Notes: generated from the sequence alone by a model not told the origin. A DNA stretch of 64,000 nucleotides from an uncultured Candidatus Entotheonella sp. (GCA_965215335.1 CBDCDA010000001.1:864001-928000), one strand, 5' to 3'; shown: positions 21,662-32,334, counted from the stretch's first letter. Program-made: numbers and translations.

Positions 21662-22900
21662 CAGGGTAAGCGCATATGGCATTATCCAGTTAAGACCCGC
21701 AGCAGATAGCTGTGATCCCACCCGGCCCGTTTTCGTCTGGCCTTCACGCCACGCTTATGACTTGATTCGCGTCGTATCAGGTTCAGGGCGATATGACGCA
21801 GCACCGACATCGTTTGCGCACCCGCGTCTTGACGAATCCGACAGTCGTCTTCCCGAAAGCTCACGTCAAGCACCCAATGGAGCGAATTCTCAATGCCCCA
21901 ATGCTGCCGCACGGTTTGCGCAAAACGTTCCGCATCACATCCAAGCGAGGTCAGAAAATAACGCCGCTCACAAGACACCACGTCGCCACGTTCCACCTGT
22001 GCCTCAACCATGCCAATGCTGGCAATGCCTGCCCACGAGCCCCTCACCCCCAAACACTCAATATCGCTCGTCAGCCAATAGCGGCGCGTCTCAATACGAC
22101 CATGATCGGCATCGACGCTCTGATAATGATCGACCGTCACATCCGTCAGCCCGGTTGTCGTGACCGCGTCGAAAAGGAGCTTGACCTCATTGTGGAGCGT
22201 CGCATGGTTGTCTTTGAGAGCCAAGACATAATCCGCCCCTTGTTCGACGATGCTGCGGGCGACCTCCTTTTGGCATCCCATAGCGTCGATTGTCACCGTC
22301 GCCCCGTCCAATGCCAAAAGCCCAAGCAAGTGGGGAATGGCAGTGATTTCATTGGACTTGTCATCGACCTTGAGTTGACCCAAAACGAGCCGATTGGCAC
22401 TGGCCCAAGCGCTGATCATGTGGATGGCACCCTTGGCCGCAGCGCGGTCAAAGGAGCGCCGCAAGGTCTTGCCATCCATGGCGACAATCTCTCCAGCGAG
22501 CGACCCGCGCAGGCTGTCCGTCCAGTTGATAAAGCACTGGGTGAGTTCTTCCGGCTGAAGCCGAGAGAGCACGCGACGAAAGGTGTCGGGTGAGGGAATG
22601 CCATGGGGCAGGTCGAGAAACTCTTGGAGCCAATCGGCCTGAGCCTGACCATACTCCTCCATATCTTCCCAGCCCTCGGCGCCGCTGATAACGGCACATA
22701 GGGCAATCACGAAGATGTCAAACAAGGAGTGTCGGATGTTGGGGCCGCGCGGATCACTGACCGAGGCAAAGTGATCCAGGAGTCGGGACGATGCGAGTTT
22801 TTCCATGCCCAGTTCTTCTCCAGGTTGAGTGTCCTGACACGCGATGACTCTGCATAACCTGAATCAGAACGCTGGGCAATCCTCATATGCGCTTACCCTG
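21662..22900 (-). mobile_element. Complete ISAs1-family insertion sequence (1239 bp)
   Basis: Perfect 17-bp IRs CAGGGTAAGCGCATATG at 21662-21678 and 22884-22900; 10-bp TSD TGACGCGCCC at 21652-21661 and 22901-22910. Confidence 0.95.
21682..22806 (-). CDS. ISAs1-family transposase
   Basis: MDGKTLRRS, KSNEITAIP, TIDAMGCQ, HGRIETR, HWGIENSLHWVLDV. Confidence 0.95.
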   Translation of the reverse strand: MEKLASSRLLDHFASVSDPRGPNIRHSLFDIFVIALCAVISGAEGWEDMEEYGQAQADWLQEFLDLPHGIPSPDTFRRVLSRLQPEELTQCFINWTDSLRGSLAGEIVAMDGKTLRRSFDRAAAKGAIHMISAWASANRLVLGQLKVDDKSNEITAIPHLLGLLALDGATVTIDAMGCQKEVARSIVEQGADYVLALKDNHATLHNEVKLLFDAVTTTGLTDVTVDHYQSVDADHGRIETRRYWLTSDIECLGVRGSWAGIASIGMVEAQVERGDVVSCERRYFLTSLGCDAERFAQTVRQHWGIENSLHWVLDVSFREDDCRIRQDAGAQTMSVLRHIALNLIRRESSHKRGVKARRKRAGWDHSYLLRVLTG

Positions 22901-23003
22901 TGACGCGCCCCACCTTACTTGACTTTCCGCACACCCTTCAAGAGAATTACCAGGTTTGCCGGAAGCGTCGCAGCGATTCGCAAGGCTTGGAGGAGGGGCA
23001 GAC

Positions 23004-24275
23004 ATGGTCGCAGGGCAGGAGCGGCTGGGCATCCTGGTGGGGGGCGGTCCGGCGCCGGGCATCAACAGCGCCATCAGCGCCGTGACGATTGCGGCGGTCA
23101 ACGCCGGCCTCGAAGTCATCGGCATCTACGACGGCTTCTCGCACCTCATGCAGGGCCGCGCCGACCGGGTAACGCCGCTGCGCACCGCCGACGTGTCGCG
23201 CATCCACGTGCAGGGCGGCGCCATCCTGCGCACCTCGCGCGCCAATCCGACCCGCAAGGAGGCCGACCTGCAGCGCACGGTGGCCACCCTGAAGGAACTC
23301 GGCATCACCCGTCTGGTGACCATCGGTGGCGACGACACGGCGTTCAGCGCTCTGGAGGTGTCCCGGGCAGGTGGCGGCGCGCTGCGGTCGGTACACATTC
23401 CCAAGACCATCGACAACGACTTGCCGCTGCCGGACGACGCGCCCACCTTCGGATACGAGACCGCCCGCGACCTCGGTACCCGCCTGGTCCTGAACCTCCT
23501 CGAAGACGCCCGCACCACCAATCGCTGGTACGTCGTCAGCGCCATGGGCCGCAACGCCGGTCACCTGGCGCTGGGTATCGGGCGGGCGGCAGGCGCCACG
23601 CTGACGATCATCGCCGAGGAGTTCGCGTCGGACCGCATCGACATCGGCGCGGTATGCGACATTCTCGAAGGCGCCATGCTGAAGCAGCGGATCAACGGCC
23701 AAGAATACGGCCTGGCGGTGCTGGCCGAGGGCATCGCCGAGAAGATTCCCGCCGAAACCCTGGCGCAGCTGCCGGGTGTGGAGGTCGCCCACGACCAACA
23801 TGGCCATTTGCGGCTCGAAGACATTCCGCTCGAAAAGGTGGTGAAACGCGAGATCGTGCGCCGTTTCGCCGAGCGCGGCGAAACGTTGGCCATCGTCGAC
23901 CGCACGATCGGTTACGAACTGCGCTCCACCGCGCCGGTTCCGTTCGACATCGACTACACTCGGACCCTGGGCTACGGCGCCGTCAAGTTCCTGCTGTCGG
24001 ACCCCGGGTCAGGTTCGGGGCGGGCTGCCGGCATGGTCTGCCTGAGGGACGGTCGCATCGACCTGTTGCCCTTCGACGAGATGCGCGACCCCGCTACCGG
24101 GCGCACCCGCGTCCGCATGGTGGACATCAGCAGCGAAGGTTACCAGGTGGCGCGCCACTACATGACGCGGCTGGAAAAGGCCGACCTGCAGCAGCCGGAT
24201 GTGCTCGGCAAGCTGGCCGTCGCCGCGGCCACGTCCCCGCAGGACTTCGCCCGCCGGTTCGCGCATGTTGCCTGA
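23004..24275 (+). CDS. pfp: 6-phosphofructokinase, likely PPi-dependent
   Basis: GGGPAPGIN, GGDDT (Asp favours PPi), PKTIDNDL, MGRNAGHL, IGYELRS. Confidence 0.8.
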   Translation: MVAGQERLGILVGGGPAPGINSAISAVTIAAVNAGLEVIGIYDGFSHLMQGRADRVTPLRTADVSRIHVQGGAILRTSRANPTRKEADLQRTVATLKELGITRLVTIGGDDTAFSALEVSRAGGGALRSVHIPKTIDNDLPLPDDAPTFGYETARDLGTRLVLNLLEDARTTNRWYVVSAMGRNAGHLALGIGRAAGATLTIIAEEFASDRIDIGAVCDILEGAMLKQRINGQEYGLAVLAEGIAEKIPAETLAQLPGVEVAHDQHGHLRLEDIPLEKVVKREIVRRFAERGETLAIVDRTIGYELRSTAPVPFDIDYTRTLGYGAVKFLLSDPGSGSGRAAGMVCLRDGRIDLLPFDEMRDPATGRTRVRMVDISSEGYQVARHYMTRLEKADLQQPDVLGKLAVAAATSPQDFARRFAHVA

Positions 24276-24495
24276 ACTCATGTCGCAGGCGCAAGGGGCC
24301 TGTTCCCGACTCAAGAGAGGAAATGACATGGCTGGCGATGAGTTTGTTCGCAAGGAACATTGACCTCGACCTCATGTCGGAGATACGGGAAGACATACGA
24401 AGTAGGCGCCAGATGCACGACTGGCTGTTTCGCCTCTGCCGTCTGATCGTCTTCGGCTTTATCAGGGTTGTGCTGAGTCTTCTGTTCTGAACATT

Positions 24496-25163
24496 CACTG
24501 TACACGACAAAAATCACCAGGTAGTTGAAAGACAAGGCGTAACCCCCCTATGGTGGCAGGTCAACCATACCTATCCGTCAACGCCTGACGGCTCAGGAGG
24601 TTGCACCCGTGAAGCACTCTACCAGGCTCGCTGACCTGCTCCAATCCACCTTGGGCTTGCACCGCGCCCGTACCACCTGTCCGGCAACTCTCATCCTCGC
24701 CTTGTTCAAGGTCAAGACCGTCAATCTGTCCCAACTCGCCACCATCTTTCCGGGGACTGCCAGCATCGACTCGCACTACCAACGCCTGCAACGCTTCTTC
24801 CAACACGTCCAACTTCAACCCGTTCGCCTAGCTCGATTCGTGCTCGCCTTTCTACCTGATGCCCCCTACACCCTGGCCCTCGACCGAACCCACAGGTGGT
24901 GTTGTCCTGGCGCTGGCTTGTTGCTGGGCCTGTCAGGCGGGAACCTGGCGGCACGCGGTCGAGCCGGTTGCGCTCAAGACGCATCAGAGACCCGCGAAGA
25001 GCCTGTTTCGCCATGGCTTTGACGGCATTCGGCAAGCCATTCTCGATACGGCGGACAACCGGGAGGCATTGGAGCGGGTCCTGAATCTGCTGTGGCAGGT
25101 GCTCATGTTGCCCAAATCGCTTCTCCATCCACTCTGCCCGATGTAATTTTGTCTTGTACAGTG
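24496..25163 (+). mobile_element. Internally deleted IS4-family (ISAba1-like) element, 668 bp
   Basis: IRs CACTGTACACGACAAAA and TTTTGTCTTGTACAGTG (1 mismatch); transposase N-terminus (VKTVNLSQLA...YQRLQRFF...LALDRT) joined to C-terminus (RPAKSLFRHGFD); no TSD seen. Confidence 0.8.
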
Positions 25164-25251
25164 GAACAACGCTTGGCGAGGGCACTCTACCCTAGCGGTT
25201 AGTGCGAGACAAAAGAGACCAAAGAGGCCACTATCGTAACATAATGCTAGG

Positions 25252-25850
25252 TGTACAGTCCCATGGATTGATGGTATGATCCTTTCCGTGCAATCGAAGG
25301 AGGCACTATGGGACAGATACTTCACGGCAGCGCCACGACCACGCACGCCGTCAGAAAAGCAATACAGCGATCGAAAGCTTCGCTCAAGGAACTGAGCCAA
25401 ACCTACGGCATCAACCCAAAGACCGTCCGAAAATGGCGAAAGCGAAACACCGTCGAAGACCACAAGACAGGACCCAGACAACCGCGCTCGACACTTCTCA
25501 GCGAGGACGAGGAAGCCCTCATCGTGGCCTTCCGGCGCCACACCCTGCTGCCACTCGACGACTGCCTCCACGCCCTCAAGCCGACCCTCCCGCATCTCAC
25601 CCGTTCGTCGCTGCATCGCTGCCTGAGGCGTCATGGTATCAGCCGCCTGCCACTCGGAGAGGGCGACAAACCCGAAAGGAAGCGCTTCAAGCGCTACCCC
25701 ATCGGCTATTTCCATATCGACATCGCCGAACTGCGCACCGCCGAGGGCAAACTCCATCTGTTCATCGCCATCGACCGGACCTCGAAGTTCGCCTTCGCCA
25801 GGCTGGTGGAACGCGCCAACACGAAAGCGGCAGCAGCATTCCTGATTGAT
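25252..25850 (+). mobile_element. Truncated IS481-family element
   Basis: TGT-starting end; ORF from 25308 MGQILHGSATTTHAVR...YFHIDIAE...AIDRTSKF, cut before the end of the DDE domain. Confidence 0.8.
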
Positions 25851-26013
25851 CTTCACCAGGGGGTCATGCCTGACATCCAAGGCGGCGTAGCGATTCTCGA
25901 CATCGAAAAAGCCCATCCGAGACATGTTCGATTCTCCCCGTCTTCGGTATCACGTGGCAATGTGTTGCAGTGATTCCAAACCAGGCGACAGATGCATTTA
26001 TCAGAGATGCTCC
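25842..26013 (-). mobile_element. IS5-family left-end fragment
   Basis: Minus-strand MSRMGFFDVENRYAAL...DPLVKIN from 25925; possible terminus GGAGCATCTCTGATAAAT at 26013. Confidence 0.6.
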
Positions 26014-26072
26014 TATGGTCTTATTCCCTCCGCCTCGCATTTCGCGATGGTCCCATTCAGAGACTATCCCTC

Positions 26073-28826
26073 ATGACGCAATCTGATGTGCCCATGCTTC
26101 CCTCCGACTTCGGCTTTGCCAGGCTGACTGGTCATCCGCCGTTTCATTGGCAACGGTGTCTGTTCGAGGATTGGTTTGCATGTGGCCGTCTTCCGTCCAC
26201 GCTCGATATCCCCACGGGTCTCGGCAAGACTTCTGTCATGGCACTCTGGTATCTGGCTCGGCAGGCTGGGGCCGAGGTGCCTCGGCGTCTGGTCTATGTG
26301 GTAGACCGCCGGGCGGTGGTCGATCAGGCAACGACAGTCGCCGACGAGATTCGACAAAAATCAGAAGACTCCAACTTGCGCGTGAGCACCCTGCGCGGCC
26401 AGCACATAGACAATCGGGAATGGCTGGCCGACCCTGCTGCGCCGGCCATCGTTGTCGGCACGGTGGACATGATCGGCTCGCGGCTCCTGTTCTCGGGTTA
26501 CGGCGTATCCCGCAAAATGCGGCCTTATCAGGCCGGCTTGCTTGGCGCAGACACGCTCATCGTGCTTGACGAGGCGCACTTGGTTGCACCGTTTGAAAAG
26601 CTCCTTGGAGCGATTGTGGACAAAGCCGGCGTATTCGGTCCGCGTGGACAGAGGGAGCGGGAGATCGTGCCGCCATTCAGACTGCTCGCCCTGTCGGCCA
26701 CGGGGCGTGACGACAGGACGGGCGAGAAAAGGGTGTTTTGCCTGTTGCCGGAACATCGGAAAGACGAGGCTGTGAGGAGGCGCCTCGAGGCGCAAAAACG
26801 GCTTGCGATTCAGGTGCTCGATGATCCGCCTCAATTGGTACGGCAGCTTGCCCAGCGGGCATGGAGACTCGGTGACGCGCCTCCAGCCCGTGTGCTCGTC
26901 TATTGCGACCGCCGAGAAGATGCTGTGAGGGTAAAGGGCGAGATCGACAAAAAGTTCAAGCAGGAAAAACACGAACCTGTTTCCGAACTCCTGGTTGGCG
27001 GGCGGCGGGTATTTGAGCGAGAAAAACTTTCTGAATGGTTGAAAAGGCATGGGTTCCTTGGCGAGGCGGAGGGACCGCCGGCGCAACCGACTTTTCTGAT
27101 TGCGACCTCGGCGGGCGAAGTGGGTGTCGATCTGGATGCCGAGCACATGGTCTGCGACCTCGTGGCGTGGGAGCGCATGGTGCAGCGGCTCGGTCGTGTG
27201 AATCGGCGTGGCAAGGGGGCCGCGCGCGTTGAGGTCATTGCCGCGCCCTGCACGAAAAGACCGAAGGAACCGGAAGAAGAATGCCTGGCCCGCCTCCGCA
27301 AACCGTTGGACCAGTTACGCCCGGTCGATGCAGAGAACGTTGCGCCGGGTGGCGGGGGCCACCTGCGCCTGCCTCTGGCGGAATGCGATGCGAGTTTCGA
27401 CGGCAACCGAAAAAATTGCGAGCGGCTGCGGGACGCAAGCCCCGGCGCCATACTGGCTCTCAGAGAGCGTGCGGAGCAAGACCAAGCCCTGCAAGACGCA
27501 ATTGCAGCAGCAACGACGCCGGTGCCGCTGCGCCCGGCACTGACCCGGTCCCTCGTCGACGCGTGGTCACTGACCTCGTTGGACGAGCATACGGGACGAC
27601 CGGACGATATCCAGCCGTGGTTGCGCGGATGGGAGGAGGACCAACAGCCGCAAACTACGGTCGTCTGGCGCAAGCATCTACCGGTGCGTGGGGATGGACA
27701 GGAGGCAACGAAAAAAGACATCGAAGCGTTCTTTGAGGCAGCACCGCCACACGCCAGTGAGAAACTCGAAACCGAGACCTCCAGGGTCGTTGGCTGGCTT
27801 GTGAAACGTGCTGCAAAGGCTGTTGGCAGCCAATCCGAGGATTCGTTGGGCCGGGATGACGTCGTTGCTTACGCGTTGTCCCATGCGGGGGACTTGCGTC
27901 GCACGATAGTCGGGCGTGATCTCATCAAAACAGGGAAAGAGGCAACAAAGAGGAAGCTCTCTGGTGCGACGCTGGTGATGGATGCTCGCTTCGGCGGTCT
28001 TGACGAGGACGGCATGCTTGACGAGGCCAAGGCCGGACCGCAGGACAACGTGATCGATGGCGGTCAGGGATGGCTGTCACCGCAGAAGGACGGTTCGCCG
28101 GTCATTCGGTTTCGCGTGCGGTCCGTTGGGGATATGCCGGAGGGGGATGACGAGAACTGGCGGGAACGTCTCAGATTCGAGGCGGAGCGCACGGGGGAGG
28201 GCGATGTCACGCGGTGGCTCCTCGTCGAAAAATGGCGCGGCGATGCGGAGACGGAGGACGACCGCTCTGTCGGCCGGCTGCAGGAACTGGCGGAGCATCA
28301 CGCCTGGACCGAAGGCAAGGCACGCGCTTTGGCTGAGGCACTCGGTTTGCCGGATGCTTATGCCGACATGCTCGCCACCGCTGCCCGATTGCACGACGAG
28401 GGTAAGCGACATCCGCGCTGGCAACGCGCCGCCAAAGTTCCCCCTGACGGGAAGTGTTATGCCAAGACTGACAAAGGGATGAATACCAAACTGCTCGATG
28501 GCTACCGCCATGAGTCTGGTTCGCTGCTCTACGTCGAGAAGGATGAAGGCTTCAGGGCTTTGCCTGCTCACCTTCAGGAACTTGCTCTGCACCTGGTCGC
28601 AGCCCACCACGGCTGGGCGCGACCCGCCATCTCAACAACGGGCGGTAACGAACCGCCTTCCGTTTCGAAAAAGCGTGCCCGCGACATCGCGTTACGTTTT
28701 GCACGGTTGCAGAAGTGGTGGGGGCCGTGGGGGCTGGCCTGGTGGGAGTCACTGTTGCGCGCCGCGGACCAGCAAGCCTCGCGTGACAATGACGATCGAG
28801 GCGTCCAATCTGTGGAGGATGCCTGA
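26073..28826 (+). CDS. cas3: Type I-G Cas3, helicase with C-terminal HD nuclease (operon A)
   Basis: IPTGLGKT, RRLVYVVDRRAVVDQ, DEAH, QRLGRVNR, LHDEGK, AHHG, GPWGLAWWESLLRAAD. Confidence 0.93.
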   Translation: MTQSDVPMLPSDFGFARLTGHPPFHWQRCLFEDWFACGRLPSTLDIPTGLGKTSVMALWYLARQAGAEVPRRLVYVVDRRAVVDQATTVADEIRQKSEDSNLRVSTLRGQHIDNREWLADPAAPAIVVGTVDMIGSRLLFSGYGVSRKMRPYQAGLLGADTLIVLDEAHLVAPFEKLLGAIVDKAGVFGPRGQREREIVPPFRLLALSATGRDDRTGEKRVFCLLPEHRKDEAVRRRLEAQKRLAIQVLDDPPQLVRQLAQRAWRLGDAPPARVLVYCDRREDAVRVKGEIDKKFKQEKHEPVSELLVGGRRVFEREKLSEWLKRHGFLGEAEGPPAQPTFLIATSAGEVGVDLDAEHMVCDLVAWERMVQRLGRVNRRGKGAARVEVIAAPCTKRPKEPEEECLARLRKPLDQLRPVDAENVAPGGGGHLRLPLAECDASFDGNRKNCERLRDASPGAILALRERAEQDQALQDAIAAATTPVPLRPALTRSLVDAWSLTSLDEHTGRPDDIQPWLRGWEEDQQPQTTVVWRKHLPVRGDGQEATKKDIEAFFEAAPPHASEKLETETSRVVGWLVKRAAKAVGSQSEDSLGRDDVVAYALSHAGDLRRTIVGRDLIKTGKEATKRKLSGATLVMDARFGGLDEDGMLDEAKAGPQDNVIDGGQGWLSPQKDGSPVIRFRVRSVGDMPEGDDENWRERLRFEAERTGEGDVTRWLLVEKWRGDAETEDDRSVGRLQELAEHHAWTEGKARALAEALGLPDAYADMLATAARLHDEGKRHPRWQRAAKVPPDGKCYAKTDKGMNTKLLDGYRHESGSLLYVEKDEGFRALPAHLQELALHLVAAHHGWARPAISTTGGNEPPSVSKKRARDIALRFARLQKWWGPWGLAWWESLLRAADQQASRDNDDRGVQSVEDA

Positions 28827-29693
28827 ATGGCCGAATCTTCCATCCCCGTGGACCTTTTCAATCCAGGCCAGGTCTTTGCCTGTCTCGGCTTCCTGGAAGC
28901 TGCTGACGTGCTATGCGGCGACGCCGAAGGGGGCTTCGATTGGAGCGATGAGGCGAACGTGAAATTCCACTTGCGGGCCGATGGCAACGAGAACCCTTTC
29001 GAGGTGGTGCTGGAATTCCTGGCGAACACGACACCTCGGTGTTGGGGACCGAGCGGTTACGAGCCGCCACCGAAAAAAGGCAAAAAGACCAAGGAAGGCC
29101 AAGAGGTCGAAATCGAGTCATGTGACACTTTCCCCGCCCCCAAAGCCGACAAAATGTCGCTGCCGATTCGCTTGGTCTGCAAGAACAGGCCTGCAGTCGA
29201 GCTTGGCCATTGGACGGACGGTTCGGATCGCAATTGCTTCAAGCTCTATGGAGGCAACCGTTCCGCCGACCAGATTGCCAGGGCAATGACGCGCGGCGTG
29301 AAGCAACTTTGGGATGAGAAGCGGAAAAACTTGATCCGAGACCCTCTGAATGTCCTGAAACCGATGGGTGGCAGCTTCAATTTCGACCCACGAGGTGCAT
29401 GGGTCGCGATAGATGCCGGTTATTCGCCAAATGAGCAGAAACACCAGGTCTTTTCTTCCCCGGTTGTCGAGATTCTTGCAGCCTGGGGCCTGGAGAACGC
29501 TCGTCCAGACGAGTTCGGAACTCGCAAGGTCCGTTACGCGGCGTGGGGTGTTGCCCTGCCGCCCATGCTGGCCCGCGTCACGCTTGTTGGCGGCATCGCT
29601 GTCGTAGCGATGAAACGATTCCGCTTTGAACTGGGCATGTCGGGCAAGAACAAAGTCGTCACCTTTGCAGAACAGGAGACCATCCGTGACTGA
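28827..29693 (+). CDS. cas8: Type I-G large subunit Cas8g (GSU0052-like), operon A
   Basis: VDLFNPGQVFACLG N-terminus, FNFDPR; lies between cas3 and csb1. Confidence 0.75.
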   Translation: MAESSIPVDLFNPGQVFACLGFLEAADVLCGDAEGGFDWSDEANVKFHLRADGNENPFEVVLEFLANTTPRCWGPSGYEPPPKKGKKTKEGQEVEIESCDTFPAPKADKMSLPIRLVCKNRPAVELGHWTDGSDRNCFKLYGGNRSADQIARAMTRGVKQLWDEKRKNLIRDPLNVLKPMGGSFNFDPRGAWVAIDAGYSPNEQKHQVFSSPVVEILAAWGLENARPDEFGTRKVRYAAWGVALPPMLARVTLVGGIAVVAMKRFRFELGMSGKNKVVTFAEQETIRD

Positions 29694-30840
29694 GTCGCTA
29701 TCGCACGACGCTATTGAGGATTGGGCTGATAACGAGCAAGGTCCCGTCGCACTGCACCTGAAACAGAAACTTCTGCCCGTTGAAGGCGAAGGTGGTGTCA
29801 TTTTCCCGCCGACCTACGCCGACATCGGCTACAACATCGACACGCTCTCCGATGGAACGAAGGTCGCCCTGATCGACAGCGTGGGTTCCCAGGCCAATCG
29901 CATGGAGCCGATTTTCAAGTGCGCGCCTTATTCGGGACTCATTCCGCAGATCGAAATCGAACTGCCCCCAAAGGAGCACGACAGCGAGAAGCATGTCGAG
30001 CGGCGGTCTCTTCTCGACCTCGCCCATCGAAGCGCCGATGCCGTCGTTTATTCGTGCCCGAAACTTGCGCCACGCCTGGAGAAGGCTTTCCGCGCCCTGA
30101 AGCAACGCGGCGATGCCGGACCGCTATGCCGGCTGGCCCCCACATCCCTTGTATTTGGTTTCTGGGACTCGCGGGGCGAATCAGGCGAAAAGCGCCCTCG
30201 TCTGGTGCGCTCCACCATTCGCGCCTGGGACGTCCAACCGCTTCATGCGGCAGCGCAATTCAATTCCGTGTGGAAAGCGCTCGACGAGAGCCAGCAGAAA
30301 GAACTGGAAAAGGAAGCCGAAGCAAAGAAGACAAAACTTTCCGAAAAGGGATTTGCAGACGCTCCGGCGACGTTCCGAAAAACCAAGGTTCCCCAATACC
30401 GTGACGGGTCTCCCAATCCAGAGGCGAGGGTTCTGGGTGGCGTGCTGACAAGCGGGCCGATTGAACGAGATATTACCGTCAACCTCGTTGCCCTGCGTGC
30501 GACCAACGGCGCAGATGCAGAAGAAACGAAACAGGTGCGTCGGTATCTCCTGTCCCTTACGCTGATTGCAGCAACGGCCGAAATCGATCTGTTCCTCCGC
30601 GAGGGGTGCCATCTCCGCTACACCGACGATGATCGCTGGAGCGCGATTCCTCGCAGAGGCGAGGTGGAGCCTGTTGATCTGGCATCGGAGAACGCCAAAA
30701 AAACCCTGCTTGAATACGCGAAGGAAGCCGTCAGACCTTTCAGAGAGAAATGGCCCGAGGAGTTGATCTACAAATTCGACTTGAAAGAAGCCAAGAAGCT
30801 GCTCGCCAAGAAGGCCACAGATGAGGAAGGCTCGGCCTGA
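29686..30840 (+). CDS. csb1: Type I-G Cas7 (Csb1), operon A
   Basis: IFPPTYA, IDSVGSQANRME, HRSADA, PTSLVFGFWDS, LREGCHL; GTG start after AGGAG. Confidence 0.9.
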   Translation: MTESLSHDAIEDWADNEQGPVALHLKQKLLPVEGEGGVIFPPTYADIGYNIDTLSDGTKVALIDSVGSQANRMEPIFKCAPYSGLIPQIEIELPPKEHDSEKHVERRSLLDLAHRSADAVVYSCPKLAPRLEKAFRALKQRGDAGPLCRLAPTSLVFGFWDSRGESGEKRPRLVRSTIRAWDVQPLHAAAQFNSVWKALDESQQKELEKEAEAKKTKLSEKGFADAPATFRKTKVPQYRDGSPNPEARVLGGVLTSGPIERDITVNLVALRATNGADAEETKQVRRYLLSLTLIAATAEIDLFLREGCHLRYTDDDRWSAIPRRGEVEPVDLASENAKKTLLEYAKEAVRPFREKWPEELIYKFDLKEAKKLLAKKATDEEGSA

Positions 30841-30843
30841 ACG

Positions 30844-32334
30844 ATGAGCCGCGCCATTCTTCTCTCAATCCGTTTCCACGACGGACGGTATCACGGGTCT
30901 GGTGACTGGCCGCCCGCACCAGCACGATTATTTCAGGCACTGGTAGCAGGCGCTGCCAGAGGGTACAAGCTGACGGACGAGGATGCGGCAGCGCTCGGAT
31001 GGCTGGAAACGCTTGATGCGCCGGTGATTGCCGCGCCAGTCACTCGAACGGGTCAACCCGTCACCAACTTCGTGCCGAATAACGATCTCGACAAGTACGA
31101 TGGTGATCCGGGAAAAATCAATAAGATTCGGACTCGCAAGATCATCCGCCCGCATCTTTTCGATGCGGAAAGCCCGCTGCTTTTCGTCTGGACGTTCAAT
31201 GACGGCGGACGTGCTGAAGAAAACGCCCGAACCATTTGCCAGATCGCTGAGCGGCTGTATCAACTCGGGCGGGGCGTCGACATGGCCTGGGGTTGGGGGG
31301 AGCTTCTGGACGCAAACGAGGTCGAGGCCCGCCTTGCCGAGCATGGCGGCGTTGTGCATCGCCCGAGTGAGGGTGGTAATGGCAAGGTGCTCCCTTGTCC
31401 GCGAAAAAAGTCGCTTGCAAGCCTTGATGAACGGTTCAACCGGAAACGTTTCGACTGGATCAGAGAAGGCAATAATCGGCAGGTATTCTCCCAACCGCCG
31501 AAACCCCGCTTTGCCAAGGTCGCATATAACGCTCCGTCCCGGCGCTTTCTATTCGAGATGCGTACAGCCACACCCGACGAATCCTTCGAATCATGGCCGT
31601 CCACGAAGGCGCTAGAACTCGTCGTGGCGTTGCGGGATAAGGCAGTCGTTCGGCTAAAAGATGCACTGCCCGAAGAGGCAGGAAAGATTGAGCGCGTGCT
31701 CATCGGGCGCGGAGCGACTGAGGCGGACAAAGCTGCCCGGGTGCGGATTGTTCCGCTTCCTTCCATTGGCCACAGCCACGCGGACCAGGCGATTCGCCGC
31801 ATACTGGTCGAGGTGCCGCCGAACTGCCCGCTGCGGGTCGATGATATAGCCTGGGCGTTTTCCGGCCTTGAGGAGATCGACCCCGCAACCGGGGAAATCC
31901 CGTGGAACCTCGTTCGGGCCGAAGAGCGGGGAATGCTCAACCACTACGGTATCGACGACAGTGGACAGAATGTCTTCCGCGTCTGGCGCACCATCACCCC
32001 GGCGGCCCTGCCGGTCATGCGGACGGGACGCGGAACCACCGGCGCCAAGCGGGCGACCGTCGAGGCGAGAGCGGCCCGCGCGGTCGTGCAGGCATTGCGC
32101 CATGTCGGCGTGACGGTGCCGGTGGAGTCCGTTCGCGTACAACGCGAGCCGTTTGATCATAACGGCGCCCGGGCGGAAGCGTTTGTCATGTCCGAGCGGT
32201 TTGCGGCGCGCGGTCTGCATCACGCGGAGATTGCTTTCGCGCGAGCCGTGCGCGGTCCCCTCGTCATTGGGAATGGGCGCTATCTGGGCCTGGGCCTGAT
32301 GGCGCCCCTTTGCATGGGCCTGCACAAGCCGTAA
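30844..32334 (+). CDS. csb2: Type I-G Cas5/Cas6 fusion (Csb2), operon A, normal length (496 aa)
   Basis: DWPPAPARLFQALVAG, FVPNND, LPSIGHSHAD, W..ITP, C-terminal GPLVIGNGRYLGLGL. Confidence 0.9.
   Translation: MSRAILLSIRFHDGRYHGSGDWPPAPARLFQALVAGAARGYKLTDEDAAALGWLETLDAPVIAAPVTRTGQPVTNFVPNNDLDKYDGDPGKINKIRTRKIIRPHLFDAESPLLFVWTFNDGGRAEENARTICQIAERLYQLGRGVDMAWGWGELLDANEVEARLAEHGGVVHRPSEGGNGKVLPCPRKKSLASLDERFNRKRFDWIREGNNRQVFSQPPKPRFAKVAYNAPSRRFLFEMRTATPDESFESWPSTKALELVVALRDKAVVRLKDALPEEAGKIERVLIGRGATEADKAARVRIVPLPSIGHSHADQAIRRILVEVPPNCPLRVDDIAWAFSGLEEIDPATGEIPWNLVRAEERGMLNHYGIDDSGQNVFRVWRTITPAALPVMRTGRGTTGAKRATVEARAARAVVQALRHVGVTVPVESVRVQREPFDHNGARAEAFVMSERFAARGLHHAEIAFARAVRGPLVIGNGRYLGLGLMAPLCMGLHKP

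Noticed and set aside
24323..24490. 55-aa ORF with an RBS-like sequence and hydrophobic C-terminus
   Set aside because: No recognisable family and next to an IS end; cannot be supported.
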